The notes: generated from the sequence alone by a model not told the origin. A stretch of 64,000 nt of DNA from Callorhinchus milii (GCF_018977255.1 NW_024704743.1:16494001-16558000); one strand, 5' to 3'; positions 12,412 through 25,568 are shown, counted from the stretch's first letter. A program made the numbers and translations.

Positions 12412-12632
12412 GGATGCACTTTGAATGAATGCTGCATCGTCTGTGGTGATTGAGAGAATTATCTGACTAATCCTGGGCTGTCGGAGGATTTTATTGTAAG
12501 AAGTCCAACATTGGCTTGGTGCTTTAAAGCTTGTGAATGTTTGTCAAATGGTCTATCTTAATAAGATTACTTCGCAACCACTGAACCTTTTCCAAACATA
12601 ACTTGTTTAAAACTGCGTTTGAATGTAGCTGA

Positions 12633-13915
12633 AATAAAGTAGATGGATCTCTGTTGCCTTGAATTCCACTGTAGTACGTTTTTAAAGACAACATTGAGCT
12701 TTTGGGGGATGTGTTAGAGCTAATGTTTGTTTTTCATAATGGAGTTAGTCATCACAAAAGCTACAGCTAAGATTTGTTTATCCTCATAAATTGCAAATCT
12801 GTGTTCACCTTGTGATCAATGTATGTTCCACACTAAAGAAGAAGGTGTATATGGATGTTCAGGTGCCACATACAGGATGATTTGAGAAAAACAATGAATA
12901 TTTTTTTCCTTTGGAGAATCTCATTGCTTAATCCTACAAAACCCCAGTCTGGATTCAATTACTTTGGAATTCAAATTGTACTCCTACTCAGTTTCTCTTT
13001 TCTCTCATTCCTAGAACTTTTCATGTTAACTCCTCAAGATCTTTCATCCTACTTTCCTTTCTATGCCATTGCCTTTACTGAACAGCAAAACTGGAGTCTG
13101 ATATCTAGGAGAGTGTTCCACCACATGCTCACCAATCATGAGAGTGGTACCTACTCCCACACCATCAGTTTGAAACACTTTTAATCTCAAACATTATTTT
13201 AACTATCAATCGCAACATAGTAAGTACAATAAATCAAGTAAACCTGGACTGAATTAATTTAGCCCGTGAGCTTGAAAGCATGTCTATAATGTTTAGTTAT
13301 CATCGCAGTAAATGGCACCACACAAATGAGAGGTAAACTACATGCTTATACAATAGTATTTAAACCCTTTTTTATGTTTTTGCGGTGCTCAGTAAAATAA
13401 AATTAACTAAAAAAAAACTTTAAAAAATGATTAAAAAGGACAAATCTAATTCTAACCCACATTTTGCCTGTTTCATCACCCAAATTGCATGTTCCTCACT
13501 AGGGTCAAAATGGACATATTCTTAAATGTTGGTTTAGCCTTGTTTCTCACGTACATGGAAGCACATTACCATGCTTAGGAGTATCCAAACCGATTCACTG
13601 AGAGTGGCACATATGTATGGGTTCCACTTGTCTGCTTTACAGTTTTGGTCCCTTGTTTATATTTGTTGCTTGCTCCACAAACTGTTTTAAGAAACATCCA
13701 TTCATAATGTAGCTGTAGATCTCTTAAATCACTTCTGGTTATGTGGTGGTGAAATAGTATCTGCTTCAAAAAACACTTATGAATTATAGATCACATTGGG
13801 AGTTGCTGTGTTTTAAACTGCTATCAATATTCTGAGCTAAAACATCTGCACTGTAGCAAAACCAATTCAGCAAAATTTAAATGTATATTGTGTTGTAATG
13901 GTTTCCATAAATAAA
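12633..13915 (+). promoter_or_regulatory. Candidate VPS41 polyadenylation signals (AATAAA at 12633, 13228, 13396, 13910) in the 3' UTR region
   Basis: AATAAA hexamers downstream of the stop in repeat-free AT-rich sequence. Which are used cannot be determined from sequence. Confidence 0.45.
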
Positions 13916-16373
13916 ATGTTATTAGCAACTGACTACAGTAGTTTTAGACAGAGTACATCTATCATAATTCCAATTTAAAAAAAACTAGAGGAGAAAAATA
14001 CACAAATGCCAGTGCTAATTTGAATGCTGAATTGTGTATCTTCAAAAATGCAATGAGCGTATGAGAGTTAAAATGGATACTGTTTTGCAAGGTCAAATTG
14101 TCTGTTTTCCCAGTCAAGTAAGTATCGGGCAGCCCTTCACTGTGAACCTGTCAAATAGATGTATGTGTTGCCTCATCCAAAAAATAGTGGCTCAATCATA
14201 ATAGAGGGATAAATGTTCAAAAAAAAAATGTTCAGTGCCATTAAAAGAAGGCTCAACATCCATTCAGCTGATCTGGGAAGGAAGTCCAAAAGACTCTTGC
14301 ATATTAGCATAATCATTTTATCAAAGCTTTATAAGCCTCTTTTTTCCAATTCTCCCCCACCCCCCGCCNAAAAAAATCCTGCAGGCAGGCGCTTCAGAAA
14401 TTAACACTTGTGATGCAGGTATCTCATGAATATAAAAGTGAGCAATTCAGACACAAAATTAGATTTTAATACTGTCCTGAACTTTCTACTCAGAATAAAG
14501 ATAACAAAAATACTGGTCCATCATAACCAAGCCCACTCATTCAGAATAGCTTCATTATAGAATAATAATAATAATCCTTGCATTTGATATAGCGCCTTAT
14601 CACGTTGTCATGATGTCTCAAGGCGCTTCAGGACATATAATGTCAAGTGGTTTGGGCTGTATGTTTGTGGGTGAAATCTGGCAGCTAGTTTGCATGCAGC
14701 AATGACCCACAAACAGCCATGAAGTCAAGTCTTCCTGTATTGTTCTGCTCTGTATCAGATGGTGGTGGTGGGATTGGGCTGGGGGCAAACAGGAACTTCT
14801 TTGCTACCAAAAGGAACATCGATTTTAAATCAATTTGAATTGAGCATCTGCCATCTGATGCACAGATCCGAATATGGGAACATAGCAACAGCTTTGGGCC
14901 ATTCAGCCCCTCGAGCCTGTTCCGCCATTCTATAAGTTCACGGCTGATTTGTACCTCAACTCCAATTACCCGCCCTCGCTCCCTATTCCTTTATACCCTT
15001 GTCTAACAAAAAATATATCCTTACCTAACCGAAATTTGTATCTCAGGCCCAACCATTGTACAGAAGCTATATTGCAAACTCATTGAATCTTCATTTTTTT
15101 TCTACCCTTCGATTAATATGATTTGTAAAGATCCAAGATCAACATTTTCCAATGACTGGATATTTGCACATACAGCGAAAACTTGCCATTTACTGAGGCC
15201 TACTTTGTTCTTATCAATGAGTTTAGGATTTTGCTCATCATCGGTTTCAAATGTAAGGAAAAAAACAGTATGAAATAGTGACTTGAAAGTACATTGCTCC
15301 CAGTACTGACGTTCCAAGGGTGAGGATTTACTGTGCGGTCAAGGAGAGGGGTTACCATCAGCACTGCAGCTGTCTCTGCCCTGGTAGTGGTAATTGGTTT
15401 GCTTAATGTATTCATTTATGCCAACAGTTTGCTTCTCCAGTCACGTTCTGCTTCCGAAGACCATCAAGCTCATTCGTCAAACTGCTTCCTGCTTTATTCT
15501 GGATGTCACAAGCATTGATTAATCTTTAGATTTTTGCCATCTAATTTGGCTGCAAAAAGGAGAATCTTTGTTGCTGGATTTCGGTCAGCCCCACAGACCA
15601 ATTTCCAAGTTGCTTCCACATCAACACAACTTGCATTTATATTAGAGCCAGTCACATTGGTAGGATAATGTCTTGGATTAACAAAAATTAGCATGTATAT
15701 AGCGCCCTTCGCTTAGGATAATGCTTTAGAGCAATTTACGGGGTTGGGGCTGGACACCAAGTAAGGCAGTAAGTCAGATAAGTAAGTAAGGAGATGGTCA
15801 GAGAGAGGTTGAAAGAGGTTTTGAAGCAGAATTTAAAGACAGAAAGACAAATCAAAGTGGTAAAGGGAGGGAGTTCCAGAGGTTTGGGACATATGAACTG
15901 ATGACTCTGCCACTGATGATGCAGTGCAGAGGGTAGGTGATCCTCAGCAAGCCCGAGTTAGCTGAGGGGAAGGGACAAGTGGAAGAAGGGTAGAAGATCA
16001 GAGAGGTTGGAGATGATGGTGAAACATCTAGAACATTGAGAGGCAGAAGAAACCAAGATGAGTAAATTACTTTAAACTTCAATCAAAGATTATAATAATA
16101 TGTCGTATTCGCTAGACAAAGGGGTGGAACTAAATTGACGTAATACAATTAGGCTGGAGAAGGAGTAGGAGGAAAAAGGATGAAATAACTGGTGAGTGAG
16201 TTAAAAGTCTCAAAATGAGTCTAATTTGATCAAGGCTCTATATCAAATGCAAGGATTATTATTATTATCCATATTGGAACACCAAAAGGTGAATTAGTCA
16301 ATTGTCATTTGATCCAATCGTAAAGATTGCTTTAGGATTTGTGTCTTTAAATTCAGGAATTAATGGTGAGATT

Positions 16374-16572
16374 AACAACAACAAAATGACACTTTTCGAG
16401 CGCCTTTCACGTTGGGAGGACGTCCCAAAGCGCTGAACAGTCAGGTGTCGGGGACCGAACATGGGGGAGGGGTGGTGTAGGGGTGAGGGAAGGCAGAGAG
16501 GTGGGAGGGAGACCAAAGGCACGGTCGAAGAGAAGGTAGGGAGAGTCTTGGATAATCCTGGAGGCGAAGGAC
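16374..16572 (-). mobile_element. 3' end of an older L2 copy (continues at 18481-18785)
   Basis: (AAC)n tail plus reverse stem-loop gcgcctttcacgttgggaggacgtccc. Confidence 0.8.
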
Positions 16573-18480
16573 AACCCCAGGCTACTGTTCTCTACCACAT
16601 CCCAACTCCTCCGTCCCCACCGCCACCTCGCGCAGGATATCTCCTCCAACCTTCACTGCGAGGAGATGCTGGATTTCCTTGAATCCAAGATCAAGGGAAT
16701 CTGCTCCGCGGTCACTTCCCCTCCAACATCCACCCACCCCCCACCCCTTCCCTCCCACACTCCGACTCCTACCCATCCTCCCCTACACACCTTCGTACCC
16801 GTTTCCCCATCCTCTGTCACCAAACTCATCCTCTCCCTGAAACCACCACCTGCTCCCTTGACCCCATCCCCACTCCACTCCTTATCTCCCAGCTCCACCT
16901 CCTTGCCCCACATATCACAGACATCGTCAACCTGTCCCTCTCCTCTGGCTCTATTCCCATTCCCTTAAAAACTGCCACCATCACTCCCACCTTAAAAAAA
17001 GCCTATCAAGCTACCGGCCCATCTCCAACCTCCCCTTCCTATCCAAGGTCCTGGAACGAGTTGTCGCCTCCCAGCTGCGCTCTTTCCTCTCCAACCATTC
17101 ACTATTCGAACCCCTTCAGTCGGGTTTCCGTGCTGCCCATAGCACAGAAACTGCCCTGGTCAAGGTCACCAATGACATCCTGACCATCTGTGACCAGGGC
17201 TCCCTCTGCCTCCTCGTCCTCCTCGACCTATCGGCAGCATTCGATACGGTCGACCACGCTATCCTCCTCCACCGCTTGTCCTCCCACCTAAACCTTCAAG
17301 GCCCTGTCCTTGAGTGGTTTAGGTCGTACCTCTCCCACCGTCTTCACTTTGTCTCCACAAATGGTTTTTCCTCCGGCCCCCGCACTGTCTCGTGCGGTGT
17401 CCCTCAGGCTCTGTCCTCGGTCCCCTCCTCTTCACCCTCTATATGCTCCCCCTTGGTGACATCATCCGCAGACATGGGGTTAACTTCCACATGTATGCGG
17501 ATGACACCCAACTCTACCTTTCCTCCTCTACCCTCAACTCCACGACCACCGATGTCCTGACAGCTGCCTGTCCGACATCGAGTCCTGGACGAGAGATAAC
17601 TTTCTTCAGCTCAACGTGTGCAAAACTGAGGCCCTCCTGATTGGCTCACGTCAGCGCCTCCGCACCTCAGGCGCTGACAGCATCAGCATCCAAGGCTGCA
17701 CTCTCCACCTCTCAAAGCCAGTCAGGAACCTCGGGTTCTGTTCGACCCTGAGCTGTCCTTTCTCCCCATATCCGCGCCACAACTGGCACCGCCTTCCATC
17801 ACCTCCGGAATGTCGCCAGACTACGGCACTACCTCACCCCTCACGCTGCTGAAACTCTGGTCCACGCCTTTATCACCTCAAGGCTGGACTATGGGAACTC
17901 TCTCCTCGCCGGCCTTCCCGGCACCTCCCTCCACAAGCTGCAGGTCATTCAGAACTCTGCAGCTCGTGTACTGTCCCGCACCAGGCTTCGGGACCACATC
18001 ACTCCCACCCTCGCTCGCCTCCACTGGCTCCCCATCCCCCAGAGGATCGAATTCAAGATCCTCATCCTCACCTACAAGGCCATTCACGGCCTTGCTCCCT
18101 CCTACCTCTCCGACCTACTATCCCCCTACCTACCTGCCCGTACCCTCCGTTCCTCTGGCTCCGGTCTGCTCCACATCCCCCGCCCCAACCGCCCTACCAT
18201 CGGTGGCCGGGCCTTCAGCCTCTCAGCCCCGAGGCTCTGGAACTCTATCCCCCAGTGCCTTCGCCGCCTCCTCCCTTTCCTCCTTCAAGGCCGGTCTCAA
18301 GACCTTTCTCTTTGACCGTGCCTTCAGCTCCCCTCTCGACTCTCTACCCCCTCCTCGTTCCCTCCCTCCCCTGACCATTTCCCCCCTGCTCGGGTCCTGA
18401 CCCAACTGTACAGCGCCTTGGGACGTCCTCCCGACGTGAAAAGTGCTATATGAAATGCAAGGATTATTATTATTACTATT
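16573..18480 (+). mobile_element. 5'-truncated L2-clade LINE with frameshifted reverse transcriptase
   Basis: Frames give [59 protein letters not shown]. 3' stem-loop and microsatellite tail. Confidence 0.95.
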
Positions 18481-18785
18481 ATGGAGCAGGCCGGAGCCTG
18501 ATGAACGGAGGCAGCGGGCAGGTTGGTAGGGAGTCAGCAGGTCAGAGAGGTAGGAGGCGGCAAGGCCATGGATGGACTTAAAGGTGAGGGGATGGGGAGC
18601 CAGTGGAGTCGGGCGAGGGTGGGAGTGAAGGGGTCGCGGAGCCTGGTACGTGTGAGTACACGAGGTGCAGAGTTTGGATGATCTGCAGCTTGTGAAGGGA
18701 AGCGTTCGGAAGGCCGATGAGGAGGGAGTTCCCGTAATCAAGCCTTGAGGTGACGAATGCGTGGGTGAGGGTTTCGGCAGCCTGA
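18481..18785 (-). mobile_element. L2 ORF2 C-terminal fragment
   Basis: Minus strand gives [35 protein letters not shown]. Confidence 0.85.
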
Positions 18786-20439
18786 AATTAAACGTTTATG
18801 ATTCAAAAACACAAGAATCGCAGCCAGGTGTTTTACTGCACCAATCACAAGTTACTAGTTATCCCTTAACTCACTGATGTGTTATACTATCAACAAAAGT
18901 GCATTTAGTTACAATATATAGAAAATTGCAACAAAACCATTATTTGCATTATTGCATTTTCATTAATTGCATCAAACCTATTGCACCGTACCAGTGAGTG
19001 AATGAAAGTGCGTCAGCGCATAGCCATGTGTTGTGTGGTAATTTGGTCATTCAATCCACGACTATTTGTGGGACACTGCTGTGCGCAATTGGCTGCCAGG
19101 TTTTGCCCACAAAATACACATTCAATTCACTTTACAGTATATTCTGTGAAGCGCTTTGAGACGTCTCAATGATCTGATGAGGCGCTATATCAAATGCAAG
19201 CATTATTATTATTATGATTATTATTATTGACTTGATCAGAACAAAGTCCATGTCCATAATTAAAGTGGTAGTACTTTAGCTGGACTAATCACTCTTCAGA
19301 AGCCGGCTCATCCAGAGAATCTCCAATCCCCTGAGCTGGCCACTTTGTTATACATTCCCTTTACACACTTTGTTGCTAAAACATGTTCTTATATTACAGT
19401 TGTAAATCTACTTAAGTGTCAGAAGTATGTGAATAACACTCACAGTAAACCCATAAAATAAACATTTAGATAATTTTAAATTTAGAAATAAGTGCTTTGC
19501 TCAAATTCCTTCGTTCATTTTTGAAGTGACAGCCACATTAAAAGACAAGTTGACCTCTGGTTGGAACCCTCTTCCTAATGTATTTTTCAGCCAAATTGGC
19601 ACCAGAATTCAAAAGACTGAGATCAAGAGAAGCACTAAATTCCATCAAAACACTGTAGTAACATACATAAAAATAATATTAACTTTCAAATTAAATTGTA
19701 TTGCAACAAACTGCACAAAATCTTTAATCTGATTAACAGAATGTATATTGAACGATTCAAGGATACTTCCATAGCAATAAATGATTGAAACATCCTCTGG
19801 CTTGTTGGACTGATTAGGTTGTCTTTTCAGATTTCTGCAATACAGAGCAATACAATTGTCTGACTCAACAGTTTCTCACACCCATACCTACATAACCCAG
19901 TAAAGGGCTTCCTGGTTTGTTTTAACTAGAGAAACAAAAATGTAACCTTGAAAGTAATTTCTGTTTCAACCACTTTCTTTATGATAATGCTATCAAATGT
20001 ATGGTGATTTCTATTGTACATTATTTGGGTAATAGTGATATTTACCATGTTCATGATGGTAGTGGTTGTTGTGTTCATGATGATGGTGGGATGTTACGTT
20101 CATAATGGCAATGGTGGTCATGTTCACAATGATGGGACAGATTAACCGTGAATATGATGGTCCTAACAAGCTCATACGAGATCTGAAAGTCCTCTCACAC
20201 CACGTCATGGCAAGGGCCCTGATTCTGATCTGTTTGGCTCTAGTTCTCGCTTAATATTAACAATTCTAATTTCTTCTAATCTCCAGGCTCCATAGACATC
20301 AGCCTGGCTCAGTTGGTAGCATTCTCACTTCTGAGTCAGAAAGTTGTGTTCAAGCCCCATATCAAAACTCTGAGCTAATAGACTAGGATGATGCTCCAAT
20401 GAAGTGCTAAAAGCATTAACACCTCATGCAGTTCACTTA

Positions 20440-21190
20440 GTTCTGTTCGACCCTGAGCTGTCCTTTCTTCCCCACATCCGCGCCACAACTGGCACCGCCT
20501 TTCACCACCTCCGGAACATCGCCAGACTACGGCACTACCTCACCCCTCACGCGGCTGAAACACTGGTCCAGGCCTTTATCACCTCAAGGCTGGACTATGG
20601 GAACTCTCTCCTCGCCGGCCTTCCCGCCACCTCCCTCCACAAGCTGCAGGTCATTCAGAACGCTGCAGCTCGTATACTGTCCCGCACCAGGCTTCGGGAC
20701 TTCATCACTCCCACCCTCGCTCACCTCCACTGGCTCCCCATCCCCCAGAGGATCGAATTCAAGATCCTCATCCTCACCTACAAGGCCATTCACGGCCTTG
20801 CTCCCTCCTACCTCTCCGACCTACTATCCCCCTACCTACCTGCCCGTACCCTCTGTTCCTCTGGCTCTGGTCTGCTCCACATCCCTCGTCCTAACCGCCC
20901 TACCATCGGTGGCCGGGCTTTCAGCCTCTCAGCCCCTCGGCTCTGGAACTCTATCCCCCAGTGCCTTCGCCGCCTCCTCCCTTTCCTCCTTCAAGGCCGG
21001 TCTCAAGACCTTTCTTTTCAACCATGCCTTCACCTCCCCTCTTGACTGTCTACCCCCTCCTCGCTCCCTCTTCCCTCCCCTCACCCTGACCATTTCCCCC
21101 CTGCTCGGGTCCCAACCCAACTGTTCAACGCCTTGCGACGTCCTCCCGACGTGAAAGGCGCTCTATAAATGAAATCTTGTTGTTGTTGTA
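20440..21190 (+). mobile_element. 5'-truncated L2 LINE, near-identical to 17740-18460, inserted in a family B SINE
   Basis: ORF 20404-21045 encodes the L2 ORF2 C-terminus ([19 protein letters not shown]); (GTT)n tail. Confidence 0.95.
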
Positions 21191-22904
21191 GTTAAAATCA
21201 AGATCTCGTCTGCCGTTCAGGTGGACATAGATCCTATGACACCAATTGAAAAGAGAAGGTAGTTTTGCCCGTTGCCCTGCCCGATAATCCCCCAAATAAA
21301 ACCGATCAGTCGCCTCGTGGCTGTTTGTGGGACATTATTATCCTCAAATTAGTTGCAAATACACAGTCGTTACACTTTACAATAAAGTGAAGTGATATTT
21401 AAATGACATGATTTTGCACTATATCAAAAGAATTTTGACCCATTCAACTCTGCTTTTACCTTTCATTTTCCAGGAGTCAATCTTCATTTCACAGCACTTG
21501 AGATTCTCCTTCAGGCTTTCCTAAAAACATTTTTGTTGTCCATTGTGAGAGTGTATTCTTCGCTTCAGCTCTGAGAACAATCTTGGGACATCTGTCATCT
21601 CACATTCTCTGCACATGTTCTTCCAATCTCATTGTGCCTTTCACCAGCATGCCTTGAATCCCAGATATTCTTGTAGTAGATAAAACATCAGTGTAAGGAA
21701 TGTGAGAATAGCGAGAAGGTACCTCACGCAAAATGTTTCTAGGCTCCCTAATGTGCTTAGGATAATCTTGCCTCACCCTGTAGCTGAGTCTAAACTAAGG
21801 TGGTCTTCAATGTTGGTAGTCATGGACTATAGAAATATATGACTGGATTCCTGTCTGTGCAATGTGATGGGCTGGTGTTGAAGAATGGAAATGGAAGATG
21901 AAGGCTAACAAAAGTTTCAGGTGAGTTTGGGCTCTACTATTATCTAGTGGATTTCATAACATATTTTAACCTTGTTCCTTAAGTGAATAATGGAACAATA
22001 CTGATACATATATGTGTGGTTTGGCATATTAGTCCTGTTGATTTTTAGATACCTACATGTATGTGGTATAAGTTTGGGGTCTTTGTATAAATGTATATGT
22101 ATTACTGCTTGTGTATATATATGCATGTCTATATGTGTAATGCTTATGTGGACATCCGTATAGTATTTTCAGCTTATGTGTTTCAAAGCGCTTAACATAG
22201 CTGGGCACCTGAGTTGGGGATGGGAGCCAAGGGGAGTGGGCAGGGGAAAGATGACCAAAGAGCAGTCAAATAGATACATTTTGAGATGAGCTTTAATTGG
22301 AGGGAGGGAGCACTTCAGATGGATTCCAGGATGGAGTTCCAGAGAGCCTGAGTGGAAAGGCTAAAAGCTCAGCTGCCACTAGTAGTAGATAGACTGGGGT
22401 ACATGCAATGGTGGTGGGGGGTGGGGGGGTGCTATGGACACCACCTTCAAAACCCAGGAATAAAGATCTTGAATTTAGTGTTGGTGTACATATATGTGTA
22501 TTTGCATGGTGTTTAGTGTACATGTATATGGGTATTTGCATAGTGCTGATGTAATAATAGTAATAATGTTGATATAATCAATAATAATAATAATAACACT
22601 ATGTAAATACATATTTGAAATGAATATGTATGAAGTGAATAAGCAGTTTTATCTGGGGAATTGTTGGCCAAAACATTGAGAGAAACACACTCCTCATTTT
22701 GAATTGCGCTATGAGATCTTGAACATATGTGTATTTACGTGTTAGTGTTCATGTATATTTTTTATATATTATACATGAATTTTAAAATCTGAAAGTATAT
22801 TTTCTGCATTTCACCCACAAAATATGCAGTATATTCTGTGAAGCGCTTTGAGACATCTCGAAGACATGATAAGGGTCTAAATTAAATGCAAGGATTATTA
22901 TTAT

Positions 22905-23442
22905 ATTTGCATAGTGTTGGTGTACATGTAAATTTGCAGTGTTGGTGAGCGTGTGTGTGTGTTTACTGTTTTGGTGTACATGTGTGTATGTGTGCTGCGC
23001 TGGTGTACATGTGTATGCATGTGCGTGTTTGCTATGTTGGTGTACACGTGTGTGTTGGTGTACATATCTGTGTGTATGTGTGTGTGTCTCTGTGTGTGCT
23101 GGTGTGTGTGTGTGTGTGTGCTGGTGTATGTGTGTGTGTGTGTGCTGGTGTACATGTGGGTGTGTGTTGCTGGTGTACATGTGTGTGTGTGTGGTGTACA
23201 TGTGTGTGTGTGTTGGTGCATGTGTGTGTGTGTGTGTTGGTGTACGTGTGTACATGTGTGTGTGTTGGTGTACATGTGTGTGTGGGGGGTTGGTGTACAT
23301 GTGTGTGTGTGTCTGGTGTATATGTGTGGTGTACATGTGTGTGCGTGGTGTACCTGTGTGTGTGTGTGTGTGCTGGTGTGTGTGTGTGTTTGTGTGTGTG
23401 TGTGTTTGTGTGCGTGTGTGTGTGCTGGTGTGTGTGTGTGTT

Positions 23443-23474
<32 letters not shown>

Positions 23475-23912
23475 CGTGTGTGTGTGTGTGCGTGTGTGCT
23501 GGTGTGTGTGTGTGCTGGTGGGTGTGTGTGTGGGTGTGTGTGTGTGCTGGTGGGTGTGTGTGTGCTGGTGTGGGTGTGGGTGTGCTTGTGTGTGTGTATG
23601 TGTGTGTGTGCTGGTGTGTGTTTGTGTGTGTGTGGGTGTGTGTGCTGGTGTGTGGGTGGGTGTATGTGGGTGTGTGTGTGTGCTGGTGTGTGTGTGGGTG
23701 TGTGCTGTTGTGTGTGTGTGTGGGTGTGTGTGTGTGCTGTTGTGTGTGTGTGGGTGTGTGTGTGTGTTGTGTGTGTGTGTGTGTGTGTGTGCGAGGGCTG
23801 TGGGTGTGTGTGTGTGTTGTGTGTTGTGTGGTGTGTGTGGTGTGTGTGGGTGTGTGTGTGTGTGTGTGTGGGTGTGTGTGTGTATGTGTGTGCTGTTGTG
23901 TGTGTGTGTGTG
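22905..23912. repeat. Compound (TG)n-rich microsatellite array
   Basis: About 1 kb of TG dinucleotides interrupted by ctgg/ttgg/tacat motifs. Confidence 0.97.
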
Positions 23913-23961
23913 GCTCAGTGTGAGGGAGGCAGTGCAGTGCTGTACGGTGTGGGGCAGTGAG

Positions 23962-24790
23962 AGGCAGGGCTGGCAGTGAGGGGCAGGGCTGGCAGTGAGG
24001 GGCAGGGCTGGCAGTGAGGGGCAGGGCTGGCAGTGAGGGGCAGGGCTGGCAGTGAGGGGCAGGGCTGGCAGTGAGGGGCAGGGCTGGCAGTGAGGGGCAG
24101 GGCTGGCAGTGAGGGGCAGGGCTGGCAGTGAGGGGCAGGGCTGGCAGTGAGGGGCAGGGCTGGCAGTGAGGGGCAGGGCTGGCAGTGAGGGGCAGGGCTG
24201 GCAGTGAGGGGCAGGGCTGGCAGTGAGGGGCAGGGCTGGCAGTGAGGGGCAGGGCTGGCAGTGAGGGCAGGGCTGGCAGTGAGGGGCAGGGCTGGCAGTG
24301 AGGGGCAGGGCTGGCAGTGAGGGGCAGGGCTGGCAGTGAGGGGCAGGGCTGGCAGTGAGGGGCAGGGCTGGCAGTGAGGGCAGTGGCTGGCAGTGAGGGG
24401 CAGGGCTGGCAGTGAGGGCAGGGCTGGCAGTGAGGGGGCAGGGCTGGCAGTGAGGGGCAGGGCTGGCAGTGAGGGGCAGGGCTGGCAGTGAGGGGCAGGG
24501 CTGGCAGTGAGGGGCAGGGCTGGCAGTGAGGGGCTGCTGAGTGCTGTGCAGAGCTGTACGGTGGAGGGCAGTGAGAGGCAGTGAGGAGCAGTGCAGTGCT
24601 GACAGGGCTGTGGCGGAGCTGCACTGTGTAGGACAGGGCTGGCAGTGACTGGCAGGTGCAGGGCAGGGCTGGCAGTGTCGGTGCAGGGCAGTGACTGGCA
24701 GGTGCAGGGCAGGGCTGGCAGTGTGTGGTGCCGGGCAGGGCAGGGCTGGCAGTGTGTGGTGCAGGGCAGGGCTGGCAGTGTCGGTGCAGG
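23962..24790. repeat. 19-bp minisatellite (GGGGCAGGGCTGGCAGTGA)n, degenerate after ~24535
   Basis: About 30 near-perfect units; explains the 19-aa periodicity of the overlapping ORFs. Confidence 0.97.
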
Positions 24791-24960
24791 GCAGTGACTG
24801 ACAGGGCAGTGACTGACGGGGCAGTGTCGGGGCTGTGGTTTGAGAAGCGGTTCCGCGGCGATGGCGGAAAACATCAAAACCGGAATCTTCGCAAAAAACG
24901 TTCAGAAACGGCTGAGCCGCGCCCAGGAAAAGGTGAGGAGCCGCCGCCCCCCCACAGCCC
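24770..24960 (+). promoter_or_regulatory. Short CpG-rich AMPH 5'UTR/promoter-proximal core
   Basis: Local CpG enrichment around the ATG in a CpG-poor window. TSS not determinable. Confidence 0.5.
24861..24932 (+). CDS. AMPH: AMPH (amphiphysin) coding exon 1 (MAENIKTGIFAKNVQKRLSRAQEK), N-terminal amphipathic helix
   Basis: Matches human AMPH start MADIKTGIFAKNVQKRLNRAQEK with one extra residue. Good Kozak context gcggcgATGg; donor GTgagg. Follows VPS41 as in human. Confidence 0.96.
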
Positions 24961-25483
24961 CCCCCGGGACCCCCACACACCCACACCCACACCCCCACAC
25001 CCACACCCCCCCACAGCCCCCCCCCGGGCCCCCACACCCACACCCCCCCCCACCCGGGCCCCTCAACACCCACCCCCCCCCACCCGGGCCCCCTCAACAC
25101 CCACCCCCCCCCACAGCCCCCCCACCCCCCCACCCGGGCCCCCTCAACACCCACACCCCCCCACCCGGGCCCCCTCAACACCCACACCCCCCCACACCCC
25201 ACCCCACAGCCCCCCCGGGCCCCCACACCCCCCACACCCACACACCCCCCCCCGGGCCCCCACACCCACACACCCCCACCCCCGGGCCCCCCACAGCCCC
25301 CCCCCCACCCCACCCCGGGCCCCCACACACCCCCACACCCCCCACAGCCCCCCCGGGACCCCACACCCCCCCCTCCCCTCGGGGCCCCACACCCCCCCCC
25401 CGGGCCCCCCACACCCACACCCCCCCCCCCCGGGCCCCCACACCCACACCCCCACCCCCCCCTCGCCCCCCCCCCCGGGCCCC
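24945..25483. repeat. C-rich degenerate minisatellite (cccgggccccc/cacaccc/ccacagccc modules)
   Basis: Directly visible; starts immediately after the AMPH exon 1 donor. Confidence 0.93.
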
Positions 25484-25568
25484 GGTCGGGTGGTGTCTGA
25501 CCGCCGCGGGAGAAGCTGAGAGCCGCCGCGGGTTTGTTTGCGGTGACGAGGTTCACACTGAACGGAGC

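Noticed and set aside
14369..14369. Single N base
   Set aside because: Assembly ambiguity between a C-run and an A-run; no biological meaning.
16573..18480. Reverse transcriptase as an active or domesticated gene
   Set aside because: 5'-truncated, multiple frameshifts, no endonuclease domain; a dead L2 copy.
20020..20135. His-rich minus-strand ORF
   Set aside because: Arises from a degenerate ~24-bp (gttcatgatggt..) tandem repeat.
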